Source of the DNA: Candidatus Hydrogenedentota bacterium
GTDB taxonomy: Bacteria; Hydrogenedentota; Hydrogenedentia; Hydrogenedentales; JAEUWI01
Length of the DNA: 64,000 nucleotides
Direction of reading: 5' to 3'
NCBI GenBank assembly: GCA_034669905.1
Contig: JAXMOL010000044.1
Location: forward strand, 1-64,000
Shown: positions 55,322 to 64,000 of the stretch, piece after piece
How the letters are laid out: each line of letters opens with the position of its first letter
Position numbering within the stretch: position 1 is the first letter of the stretch
Notes under the pieces: model-generated
Told to the model about the DNA's origin: nothing
What the model saw: the letters and a program-made list of their open reading frames with translations, nothing else
The model's database searches: none
Translations under genes and position numbers: made by a program

Positions 55322-57236
55322 GAGAATACGCCTCCTCTTCCCGACGATGGGTTGATGCCCGGAGGATCGTTTCCATTTTTTCCGGAGTAAAGGGTTTGAT
55401 AATGATACCCGACAGGGACGGGTGTGCCGCCATCTCCGCGGCATCTTCCGTCGTTTCAGGGACACAGGCAATGATGATGACATCGGGAAAGGCGAGGCAC
55501 AGTTCCCGCAGGACCTGTTCCAGATTCTCCGTCATGTGCGTGGGGTCCAGGAGGAAGACATCGGGAACGAGGGTGGCCTGGGCCAGGACGGATTTTCCGT
55601 GGGCCCATGTGGTTGCGCTTCGGACACGGTGTCCCAGATTAACCAGCAGTTTGGTGATGTGACGGGTGTAGTCTTCGTTGGTGTCGAGGATAAACACCGA
55701 AAAGGCTTCGGAAGATGCATCCTGCCTGGCGCGAATCGGAACGGTAAAATAGAAGGTGCTTCCTGTGCCGGGGCTTGATTCGACGCGTATCGTACCGCCA
55801 TTGCGCTCGACAATCTTCTTGATCAGGGTGAGGCCGATACCACTGGCGTCGTCGCCTTCGCGTGTCTTCAGGCTCTGGAAAATCCGAAAAATGCGGTCAT
55901 GGTGCTGGGGGGCAATGCCTACCCCCGTATCGCGGACGGAGAATTCCCAGTCGTTTCCCTGGCAGGTGCATTCGACGGTGATGGTGCCTTCTGGCGTTTC
56001 CATGTGTTGCAGTGCATTGCCCACCAGGTTTTGAAAAATCTGGAGAAGATAGAGTTTGTCATAGTAGACCATGGGGAGCGGATCGGGAACGAGGACAGGA
56101 ATGGTGGGGGGCGGATGGAGCATTTCCAAGACCTGATCCAGGATTTGTTGGCTATCCAGAATCTCTTTGTTCATAGGGGCCCTCCCCAGCCGGGAGTACT
56201 GTAAAATACCTTCAATGAAGGTGTGCATTCGCCGTGTTCGATCCTTCAACTGCTGCAAATACTTGCGCCCTTTGTCATCCACCGTGTCACTGTAGTCTTT
56301 CATCAACCAGGTGGTCAGGGAGCTGATGCCGCGGAGTGGTGCCTTCAAATCGTGGGAGACGACGTAGGCGAAATCCTGAAGCTCCGCATTCTTCCGTTCC
56401 AGATCCTCGAGCAATACACCCAATTGCCCCTCGGCCTGAACCCGCTGACCGATTTCGAATTGGAGCTCTTCGTTGGCGGCCATGAGCTGTTGCTCTGTCC
56501 CCTCCCGTACTTGGATTTCGCGTTTGAGTGCGGTCTTTCGTTCCTGTATGCGTCGAAGCATTTCGTTGAACTGGTCGACGAGATCGCCCAATTCATCTTC
56601 GCCTTGCTTTACGACCCGCAAGCTGTAGTCGTTGGTTCGGGAAATCGTGGCGGCAGCGCGGGCTAACTGGGTCACGGGGTTGTAGATGAGGCGCTGAATA
56701 CGAATGGCAAAGAGCAGGGCTATGAGGGCGGAGACCAGGAGCAAGCCAATAATCGTAAGTTGTTCCCGCCGTACCAGGGCAACGTAGCCTTCCTGGTTGG
56801 CGTGAAGGTAGAGGGTGCCCAGGTGTTGCCCCTGCAGTTCGACGGGGTGATAGAGATGGAGCCCTTCGGAGTCCACGTAGCTTCCCGATTTTATGGAGGC
56901 CTGGGGGTTGGGATTAAAGTCCGTTTGTGGCCGCCGGTACTCGGAGAACAGTTTGCCCTGCTCATCCAGAATGCATGCATAGTTGATGCGCGGATTGGCG
57001 CTCGTGGCCTCCAACAGCGTCATGCCAGCCAACTGATGCTCATATTTCAGAAAAACGGCGGTGTTGAAACTCAGCATTTTCGCCGTTGCGAGCAGGTCAC
57101 GTTTCTGGATTTCCCGATAGCCGTGGCGCTCCATGACCAGGTTGCTGCCGAGCATGAACAGGAGGGCAACAAGCGTCGGGGTTACAGAAATCAGCATAAG
57201 CTTTTTTCGAAGCGATAAGTCGGCCAGCCACGTCAC
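55314..57236 (-). CDS. Membrane hybrid histidine kinase (periplasmic CHASE8-like, HAMP, HisKA, HATPase, atypical REC)
   Basis: Two TMs, DELGDL HAMP, FAYVVSHDLKAPLR, NLVGNA, DTGVG, GIGL. Confidence 0.9.
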   Translation of the reverse strand: MTWLADLSLRKKLMLISVTPTLVALLFMLGSNLVMERHGYREIQKRDLLATAKMLSFNTAVFLKYEHQLAGMTLLEATSANPRINYACILDEQGKLFSEYRRPQTDFNPNPQASIKSGSYVDSEGLHLYHPVELQGQHLGTLYLHANQEGYVALVRREQLTIIGLLLVSALIALLFAIRIQRLIYNPVTQLARAAATISRTNDYSLRVVKQGEDELGDLVDQFNEMLRRIQERKTALKREIQVREGTEQQLMAANEELQFEIGQRVQAEGQLGVLLEDLERKNAELQDFAYVVSHDLKAPLRGISSLTTWLMKDYSDTVDDKGRKYLQQLKDRTRRMHTFIEGILQYSRLGRAPMNKEILDSQQILDQVLEMLHPPPTIPVLVPDPLPMVYYDKLYLLQIFQNLVGNALQHMETPEGTITVECTCQGNDWEFSVRDTGVGIAPQHHDRIFRIFQSLKTREGDDASGIGLTLIKKIVERNGGTIRVESSPGTGSTFYFTVPIRARQDASSEAFSVFILDTNEDYTRHITKLLVNLGHRVRSATTWAHGKSVLAQATLVPDVFLLDPTHMTENLEQVLRELCLAFPDVIIIACVPETTEDAAEMAAHPSLSGIIIKPFTPEKMETILRASTHRREEEAYSHE

Positions 57237-57447
57237 GTCAGTGCCTCCCGAGGTGGTACGGGCCGAAGAAGGTGCTCGGACTGCTCGAAAGGGGATGTGG
57301 CATGTGGCGCTCCCATCGCGTCAACCTGTTGTAGCGTCATGACAATTCCTACCCCCATAGTAACAGAATCCGCACCCTATCAGGGGCCGATACCCTTTGG
57401 CGCTCTTGGCGGAACTCTCCCGGAAATCCGGTGATGGGGAAGACGTG

Positions 57448-58353
57448 CTACCGCTTCGAGGGGAACGATTTCCGCAGCGGGGACAGGAGGCTATGAAATT
57501 CGGCGATATGGGCAGGGGTTGTTCCACAGCAGCCTCCCATGATGCGAAGTCCCAGGGCATAGAGTTGCTCCGGGCTCGGGGCCAACTGGCTAATCGGGTG
57601 CGTGTAATCGACCCGTTGGCCATCTGCTGTCTGGTTGCCCGCATTGGGTTTGAGCCACCAGGTGCTCTGGGGATGGGCCGCGTGCATGCCCTGCAGCAGC
57701 GGTTCCAGGGTCTCGTCCGCGGGATAGCAGTTCAGGCCCGTCATGGTGGCTCCCGCTCCCTGGGCCCGGGCGATAGCCTCCGTGGACGGGGCGCCCGACC
57801 AGGTCGTGAAGCCCCCGGACTCCGTGCGTCGAAAGGCGAAGGAACACACAACTTCCAGGTGGGTGCCGGGCAAGATATGCTCCAGAGCGATACACGCTTC
57901 TTCGGGGGAGGTCATGGTTTCGAGCAGCAGAAAATCGGCACCTGCGCCTTCCAGTATGCGGGCTTGTTCGCCGAAGGCGTGGCCAATGGCGGTGGCCTGC
58001 TCGGCAATGTTCTTGATGCCCGTCGGCCCCATAGAGCCGGCGATGAGGGGACCGGTACCGGCACCTTCCCGGGCCAGGGCGACACCGGCCTCGTTCAGGG
58101 GGCGCACTTGATGGGCCTGTTTTCTGACTGCCAGGCGAAAGGTGTTTCCGCTGAAGGTGTTGGTGGAGATAATTTGTGCGCCGGCTTCGGCGTAGGCTCG
58201 TGCGAGATGGCGAATCACGTGGGGGTGGTTCAGGTTCCAGGATTCGGCCGAATCGTTGGTCAGATCGAGTCCGGCGGCCATGAGATTGGTGCCCCAGGCA
58301 CCGTCGGCCATGAGGAATCCATGGACGGCGATTGCATCCTTCAGGCAGCCCAT
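57448..58353 (-). CDS. Stand-alone homocysteine S-methyltransferase domain protein
   Basis: DGAWGT, TNTF, GSMGP, ETM, GLNC, PNAG, GGCCGT; start uncertain. Confidence 0.85.
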   Translation of the reverse strand: MGCLKDAIAVHGFLMADGAWGTNLMAAGLDLTNDSAESWNLNHPHVIRHLARAYAEAGAQIISTNTFSGNTFRLAVRKQAHQVRPLNEAGVALAREGAGTGPLIAGSMGPTGIKNIAEQATAIGHAFGEQARILEGAGADFLLLETMTSPEEACIALEHILPGTHLEVVCSFAFRRTESGGFTTWSGAPSTEAIARAQGAGATMTGLNCYPADETLEPLLQGMHAAHPQSTWWLKPNAGNQTADGQRVDYTHPISQLAPSPEQLYALGLRIMGGCCGTTPAHIAEFHSLLSPLRKSFPSKR

Positions 58354-58402
58354 GAAGGCATCCGCCTGGGAGGAAATTGGGAACGCGTGTGGATGGGCTG
58401 TT

Positions 58403-59155
58403 TCACCGAATGCCCCGCTTCTCCAGCATGTCTTCCAGGCGATCAAGATCGTCTGCCTTGTCGACGCCGAAGCCACTGAGGAGGGAGTCTTCGCATTGGG
58501 TCAGGGTGACGCGAATGCGGTGGCCATGTTCCAGGGCGCGCAGTTGTTCCAACTTCTCCACCTGTTCCAGGGGCGTGGGGGGCAGTTGGGAAAAGTGAAT
58601 CAGGAAATCGCGCCGGTAGGAAAAGATGCCAATGTGCTCATGGACACTGTGGGCCTTGTAGCCTCGGGGAAAGGGAAGGAGCGAGCGGGAGAAGTACATG
58701 GCATCGCGCTTCAGGTTAATGACGACCTTCACCACATCGGGGTTGTGCAGGTCCGTCGGATTAGACAAGGCCCGCATGATGGTGGCCATGGGCAGCGTCG
58801 GGTCGGCCACGAGGGGGTCCACACATTCGCGGATCATGAGGGGATCGAGAAAGGGGTAGTCCCCCTGGATATTCACGACGATATCCGCCTCCAGATCCAT
58901 CACAGCTTCCGCGAGGCGATCGGTGCTGCTTGCGTGGCCCGTTGCGGTCATGATGACGTTACCTCCGAAAGCTCGCACGGCCTCCGCGATACGCTTGTCA
59001 TCCGTGGCGACGTAGAGCGCCCGTAAGGCATCGGACTGTTGGGATGCCTCGTAAACCCGCTGAATCATGGGTTTTCCCAGGATATCTTCCAGCGCCTTGC
59101 CGGGCAGGCGCGACGAGGCGTAGCGGGCAGGTATGATGCCGATGACGTTTTCCAT
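58403..59155 (-). CDS. kdsB: 3-deoxy-manno-octulosonate cytidylyltransferase
   Basis: IPARYASSRLPGK, NIQGD, YFSR, EKLEQLRAL. Confidence 0.93.
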   Translation of the reverse strand: MENVIGIIPARYASSRLPGKALEDILGKPMIQRVYEASQQSDALRALYVATDDKRIAEAVRAFGGNVIMTATGHASSTDRLAEAVMDLEADIVVNIQGDYPFLDPLMIRECVDPLVADPTLPMATIMRALSNPTDLHNPDVVKVVINLKRDAMYFSRSLLPFPRGYKAHSVHEHIGIFSYRRDFLIHFSQLPPTPLEQVEKLEQLRALEHGHRIRVTLTQCEDSLLSGFGVDKADDLDRLEDMLEKRGIR

Positions 59156-59202
59156 AGTATTCCTACTCCATCCGCGTCAGAAGGCGCGGTACGATACCCG
59201 AG

Positions 59203-60399
59203 CTACGACGGGTTTTCTCGCTGCCAGGCCTCGGGTAAGGTCGCGACACATACATCGGGGTTACCCCGCTTATGAGAAACGAAGATGACGGATTTTCCGG
59301 CGCGGTCAAAGCCTACATGGGGATGGGCGCCCTGACCATAGGTGCGGTGGTTTTGTGTTAGCAATCGTTGCCGGGTAGTCTTGCCCTCGAAGACGGCAAT
59401 GTCGCCGTGCCAGTTGTCGGCCACAATCCAGCGTCCATCGTCGCTGCCGTCGGCATGCCACCAATTATAGCGGGATACTTCTTCCGGTTCCCCTTTGGTC
59501 CACCAGGTCCCCGTTCCGATAACCCGAACGATTCCTGTCGCGAGGTCGAGTACTTTTACGTGGGAGTCTTCGGTTGGTTTGGGACGGGTGCCGCCGCAAA
59601 AGATCAGCTGGTCCCGGACCCACCAGGATTCGTGGGTGACCAGTTCATCTGCCCACTCGGGATAGACCGCCTGCGGGTGCCCATCGCGTATGTCCACGAC
59701 CATTAGCCGGGGCTTCACCCCGGCGTAGCTCAGCTTGTTCGGGTCGGTGTGACTCCATTGAACGTGTTGAAGCCGGGAGACGGCATTGGTGGGCCGGCAG
59801 ACTTCGATGCGCTCGCCCGACTGGGTGTCAACGGTAAATATGACCGGCGTTGGTCCCGTCGCGCCCCCTTCCAATCCTACGGAAAGGAGCGTCCCGGCGC
59901 AGTTTTCGTTAAGGGACGTGACATGTTGAAAATCGGGGAGGGTCGTGAGGATGCGGACACGGGCCCGCACCCGCGTGGGGCCCTCGTTTGCACCTTCCGG
60001 AACGCTAATGTCGAGGGCCACATGCAGGATATCCTGACCGCGCAGCGCGTAGAAAGCACAGCCCGTTACAGCGGCTGTCGCACCAGAAAGGCCGCCCAGT
60101 GCGTGGCCGACTGGTACCAGTGCTCCCCCCTGGGTGAGGTAGAGCATCAGGCCGCCCTGATCCCGTTGCGAAAGAAACAGGATGGCCTTCCCATCAGCGG
60201 TCCAGGAGCGTTCGTGGAAGTAGAGGTTTCCTTCGGCCGAATCTGCGGTGCTCAGATAGGTGAGGGTTGCCCCCGAGTCGGGATCGGTCTCCATTCGGTG
60301 CTCGGCAGGGAGTATGGGCAATTCCACCGTAGACGAGGCCGGGGCCAGGGTCGCGACGGAAAACCATAGTGCGAGAACCGGAAGGCACCGGAAGGCCAT
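59203..60399 (-). CDS. Oligogalacturonate lyase-like beta-propeller, secreted
   Basis: DPDSGATLTYL, LYFH, HVQWS, THESW, HAD, HPH. Confidence 0.75.
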   Translation of the reverse strand: MAFRCLPVLALWFSVATLAPASSTVELPILPAEHRMETDPDSGATLTYLSTADSAEGNLYFHERSWTADGKAILFLSQRDQGGLMLYLTQGGALVPVGHALGGLSGATAAVTGCAFYALRGQDILHVALDISVPEGANEGPTRVRARVRILTTLPDFQHVTSLNENCAGTLLSVGLEGGATGPTPVIFTVDTQSGERIEVCRPTNAVSRLQHVQWSHTDPNKLSYAGVKPRLMVVDIRDGHPQAVYPEWADELVTHESWWVRDQLIFCGGTRPKPTEDSHVKVLDLATGIVRVIGTGTWWTKGEPEEVSRYNWWHADGSDDGRWIVADNWHGDIAVFEGKTTRQRLLTQNHRTYGQGAHPHVGFDRAGKSVIFVSHKRGNPDVCVATLPEAWQRENPS

Positions 60400-60611
60400 G
60401 CAAAAAGCTCCTGAATGTTAAGGAATTGTAGGGTTGACAGACCTTTACGATAGCACAAGATTCGACGGGACTCAGTGAAAAAGTAAAATAAATCATATGT
60501 TAGGAAATGGTTAGGGCGCTGGGGCTGAAATCTTTGCCCGCGTTTACGGTACAATGGGCTAAATCTGAGTTTGTTTTTCGTCGCCTTCACGGTGAGTTTT
60601 TGGAGAGTTTC

Positions 60612-61892
60612 ATGCAATTGACCGCCCCCGCAGATACCCTTATTCAATCCGCTTATTCCGCCGCAAAAGAACGCTATGCTGCCCTGGGCGTCGATGTGGA
60701 CGCGGCCATGGCGCGACTCCGCACCATTGCCATCTCGCTCCACTGTTGGCAGGGCGATGATGTGGGCGGGTTTGAGGCCGTCGATGCGGCAAGCGGCGGT
60801 GGTATTCAGGCCACGGGAAACTATCCCGGTAAAGCGCGCAACGCCGACGAGTTGCGGCAGGACGTGGAAATGGCCCTCCGGCTTATCCCGGGTAAGCACC
60901 GGTTTAATCTGCACGCCATGTATGCGGAAACGGGTGGGAAACGGGTGGAGCGCAACGCGTTAGACCCCGTCCATTTCAGCGGCTGGATCGATTGGGCGAA
61001 AGCCCAGGGTTTGGGGATGGACTTTAATCCGTCCTGTTTTGCCCATCCGATGGCGGACAGCGGGTTTACCCTTTCCAGCTATGACAAGGGGGTGCGGGAT
61101 TTTTGGATTGAACACTGTATTGCCAGCCGGAAGATCGGCGCGGCGATGGGGGCGGCCCTGGGGACCCCGTGCGTTACCAACGTCTGGATTCCCGACGGCT
61201 ATAAAGATGTGCCGGTTGACCGGTTGACGCCGCGGACCTTGCTTCGCGAATCCCTGGATGCCGTGTTTGCAGAGAAACTGGATCCGGCCCATAACCTGGA
61301 TGCGGTAGAGGCGAAGCTGTTTGGCATTGGTTCAGAGAGCTACGTGGTTGGGTCCCATGAGTTCTATCTGGGTTATGCGATTGCGAATCAGACCCTGCTC
61401 TGCCTGGATGCGGGGCATTTTCATCCGACGGAGACCATCGCCGATAAGCTGAGTTCGGTGTTGACGTACGTGGACGAAGTGCTGCTTCATGTGAGCCGCG
61501 GTGTGCGGTGGGATAGCGATCACGTGGTCATTCTCAATGACGATACCCGGGCCATTGCCGAAGAGATTATTCGACCGGGATTCGAGAAGCGGGTGCATAT
61601 TGGACTCGACTTTTTCGATGCGAGTATTAACCGCATCGGTGCCTGGGCAACGGGGACGCGGGCTACGATCAAGGCCTTGCTGCTCGCGTTGTTGGAGCCG
61701 ACAGCAGCGTTGGCGGCCTTGGAACGTGACGGTGATTTTACGGCGCGACTTGCTCTCTTGGAAGAGTTGAAAACCCTGCCTTTTGGCGCCGTCTGGGACC
61801 AATACTGTCTGGAGCAGGAAGTGCCGGTGGGACCTGCCTGGCTCCAGGAGGTCAAGGATTACGAAGCCCAGGTGCTTTCCCAGCGGGACTAG
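60612..61892 (+). CDS. rhaA: L-rhamnose isomerase
   Basis: [54 protein letters not shown]. Confidence 0.95.
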   Translation: MQLTAPADTLIQSAYSAAKERYAALGVDVDAAMARLRTIAISLHCWQGDDVGGFEAVDAASGGGIQATGNYPGKARNADELRQDVEMALRLIPGKHRFNLHAMYAETGGKRVERNALDPVHFSGWIDWAKAQGLGMDFNPSCFAHPMADSGFTLSSYDKGVRDFWIEHCIASRKIGAAMGAALGTPCVTNVWIPDGYKDVPVDRLTPRTLLRESLDAVFAEKLDPAHNLDAVEAKLFGIGSESYVVGSHEFYLGYAIANQTLLCLDAGHFHPTETIADKLSSVLTYVDEVLLHVSRGVRWDSDHVVILNDDTRAIAEEIIRPGFEKRVHIGLDFFDASINRIGAWATGTRATIKALLLALLEPTAALAALERDGDFTARLALLEELKTLPFGAVWDQYCLEQEVPVGPAWLQEVKDYEAQVLSQRD

Positions 61893-63007
61893 CAGGCTCC
61901 CTGGGAGGGGCGTGCCACGAAACAGGTGGGGGAGAAACCGAAGCGATCCCGGTAGGCGTTTTCGAGGGCGGACTGGACCCTGTCGATGGCATGTCGTTCT
62001 ACGAGGGTGACCGTCGAGCCTCCAAATCCGCCACCGGACATGCGCGCGCCGATGACGCCTCGCTCAGGGCCAAGTTGTTGGGCGGTCTCGACGAGAAAAT
62101 CCAATTCGGTGCAACTGACTTCGAAGTCGTCTCGAATCGAGGCGTGTCCGGCGTAGAGGAGTTCGCCCACCCGTGCCCATTCCGACTCCTCCAGGGCGTG
62201 GACCATGGCCAGGGTGCGCCCGTTTTCACTCAGAACGTGTCGGGCCCTGCGGTAGCGGTCGGGGCCAAGGCGGTCGTGGGCATGGCCCAGATCGGCCATC
62301 GAGACTTCTCGGTACGTGGTCTTTTCGAGGATTGCCAGGGCCTCTTCACACTCCTGCCGCCGACGGGCGTATGCACCATCGGCCAGTTGGTGTGACACGC
62401 CGGAATTGGCGATGAGGACGACCACGTCGGGATCCTGAAAGGGGACTTGACGAAATTCATGGGTGACACAGTCGAGCAAGAGGACATGGTCGGCCTCACA
62501 CAAGGTGCTGGCGGCCTGATCCATGAGTCCACAGGGAACGCCGGCATAGGTGTGTTCCACCTGCTGGCAGAGTTGTGCTTTTTCCAAGGGGGCGAGTGCG
62601 TGGCCCGTGATCTTTTCCAGGAGGGTGGCCACCGAAACTTCCAGCGCCGCACTGCTGCTTAGACCCGCTCCCTGGGAAATATCGGATTGTATGTTTGCGT
62701 GAAATCCAGGAACAGCGCAGCCCGTAGCCCGGATGAATTCCCATAGTACCCCCTGCACGTACTGGCCCCAGTCCGGGGTGTCCTGCCGTTCGGGATGGGA
62801 GAGATCGAGCCGCACCGTTTCTGCGGCGCCCTCGCTTTCGAATACAGCCCAACTCCCCTCCATGGGACGGGCTTCCAGGGATACCCGTTGTCCGATGGCC
62901 ATGGGCAGGACCCAGCCCTGGTTGTAGTCCACGTGCTCACCGATGAGATTGACACGTCCAGGCGCCGAGGCCTTCCAGGTCGTGACTTCCGTAGCGTCTC
63001 TACTCAC
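61889..63007 (-). CDS. galK: Galactokinase
   Basis: [42 protein letters not shown]. Confidence 0.95.
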   Translation of the reverse strand: MSRDATEVTTWKASAPGRVNLIGEHVDYNQGWVLPMAIGQRVSLEARPMEGSWAVFESEGAAETVRLDLSHPERQDTPDWGQYVQGVLWEFIRATGCAVPGFHANIQSDISQGAGLSSSAALEVSVATLLEKITGHALAPLEKAQLCQQVEHTYAGVPCGLMDQAASTLCEADHVLLLDCVTHEFRQVPFQDPDVVVLIANSGVSHQLADGAYARRRQECEEALAILEKTTYREVSMADLGHAHDRLGPDRYRRARHVLSENGRTLAMVHALEESEWARVGELLYAGHASIRDDFEVSCTELDFLVETAQQLGPERGVIGARMSGGGFGGSTVTLVERHAIDRVQSALENAYRDRFGFSPTCFVARPSQGAC

Positions 63008-64000
63008 GTCTTAGTAAACTTTTCCAGTTTCTTGCCGATTTTGGCTGTCTTCAGGAAGCCGCCGAGTCCCCCTTGAATGGATGCATCAATGAGGGCCGAA
63101 ATCAGGCCATACTTCTCTTCCGTATAGGGATACCAGATGGGTTCTTTTTTGTCGCTGTTCTTGTCGATGAGGATAGACTTTACATTGGAGAAGGCATAGA
63201 GGCCGTGGGGCCCTTTGTAGCGCCCCATGCCCGAGCACTTTGTGCCGCCAAAGGGCAAGGCCGAGTTGCCCTGGGTAGCAAGGACGTTGTTGATGGAAAC
63301 GTTGCCCGTTACGATGTCGCGTGCGACCCGCTCGGCGCGTTCGGCGTCGGCAGACCAGACGCTGGCGCTCAACCCATAACGACCGTCGTTGGCCAGCCTC
63401 ACGGCCTCGGCTTCGTCCTTAAAGGGGATGACCGTTACCACGGGGCCGAAGGTTTCTTCGCCGTAGATATCCATCGAGGAATCGACGTTGGAGACGAGGG
63501 TGGGGGGGAAGGCGTTGGAATCGTCGCTGCGCTTCCCGCCACAGTGAACGACCGCCCCCTTGGCCACCGCGTCGGCAAGCTGTGCCTCGACTTTGGCGAC
63601 CTGGAAATTAGCGGTCATGCATCCCACGTCCAGCGACTTGTTCTGGGCCGTGTCTTCGTGACCATCCTGGGTGTTCAGATTTTCGATGGCCGACTTGAGC
63701 TGAGAGATGAACGTATCCACGATGGGCGCATGGACGAGGATACGCTCCACGGAGGTGCAGGTTTGCCCGCAGTTGGTGATGCCGCCCCAGAGTGCGCCTT
63801 GCACGGCACGGGGGAGAGCCACATCGTCAAAGATGACCATAGGGTCTTTACCGCCCAGTTCCAGCTCTACCGGGATGAGATATTGGGCGGCCTGGGTCAT
63901 GATGGCCCGACCCGCGGCTTCGCTCCCGGTGAAGAATACTTTGGCAGGCTGATGATCGATGAGCGCCTTGCCCGTTTCTTTCGCACCGTAGACGACTTGA
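63004..64000 (-). CDS. Aldehyde dehydrogenase family protein (partial, starts beyond window)
   Basis: Frame open to the window edge: FFTGS, ELGGKDP, NCGQTC, EETFGPV, PFGG. Confidence 0.92.
   Translation of the reverse strand, partial: QVVYGAKETGKALIDHQPAKVFFTGSEAAGRAIMTQAAQYLIPVELELGGKDPMVIFDDVALPRAVQGALWGGITNCGQTCTSVERILVHAPIVDTFISQLKSAIENLNTQDGHEDTAQNKSLDVGCMTANFQVAKVEAQLADAVAKGAVVHCGGKRSDDSNAFPPTLVSNVDSSMDIYGEETFGPVVTVIPFKDEAEAVRLANDGRYGLSASVWSADAERAERVARDIVTGNVSINNVLATQGNSALPFGGTKCSGMGRYKGPHGLYAFSNVKSILIDKNSDKKEPIWYPYTEEKYGLISALIDASIQGGLGGFLKTAKIGKKLEKFTKT

Overview
GC-rich bacterial DNA, densely coding, with no rRNA, tRNA, CRISPR array or transposase that I can see. The combination of (Glu-Gly)n linkers, a duplicated ELLRxIQxYN module, a DUF1559 prepilin-like protein and a DUF1549/1553+DUF1501 pair suggests Candidatus Hydrogenedentota or a PVC-like lineage (inference from recalled patterns, not from a search). 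The stand-out is a 7-gene + strand operon (22049-33899) that appears to encode a complete cytoplasm-to-outer-membrane electron chain: pentaheme cytochrome, outer-membrane beta-barrel, membrane-anchored FAD/NAD(P)/2Fe-2S reductase, tetraheme cytochrome, cyclic-nucleotide-binding 4x[4Fe-4S] protein, NOX/ferric-reductase-like bis-His membrane protein and a membrane-anchored decaheme cytochrome (19 CxxCH motifs in total). Other points of note: a small amphipathic-peptide ORF missed by the ORF track (21547-21702); a speD + deoxyhypusine-synthase-like operon with a structured uORF-containing leader and an out-of-frame ATG beside the TTG start; two REPIN-like units with identical 72-nt spacing (974-1440); an exosortase pair with candidate C-terminal sorting signals; a carbamoyltransferase/2xGT4/PIG-L cluster; tandem paralog pairs; a 21-PKD lipoprotein; and sugar-catabolism and housekeeping genes (hisG, rlmB, kdsB, rhaA, galK). 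All family calls come from motif recognition by eye; no database searches were run.
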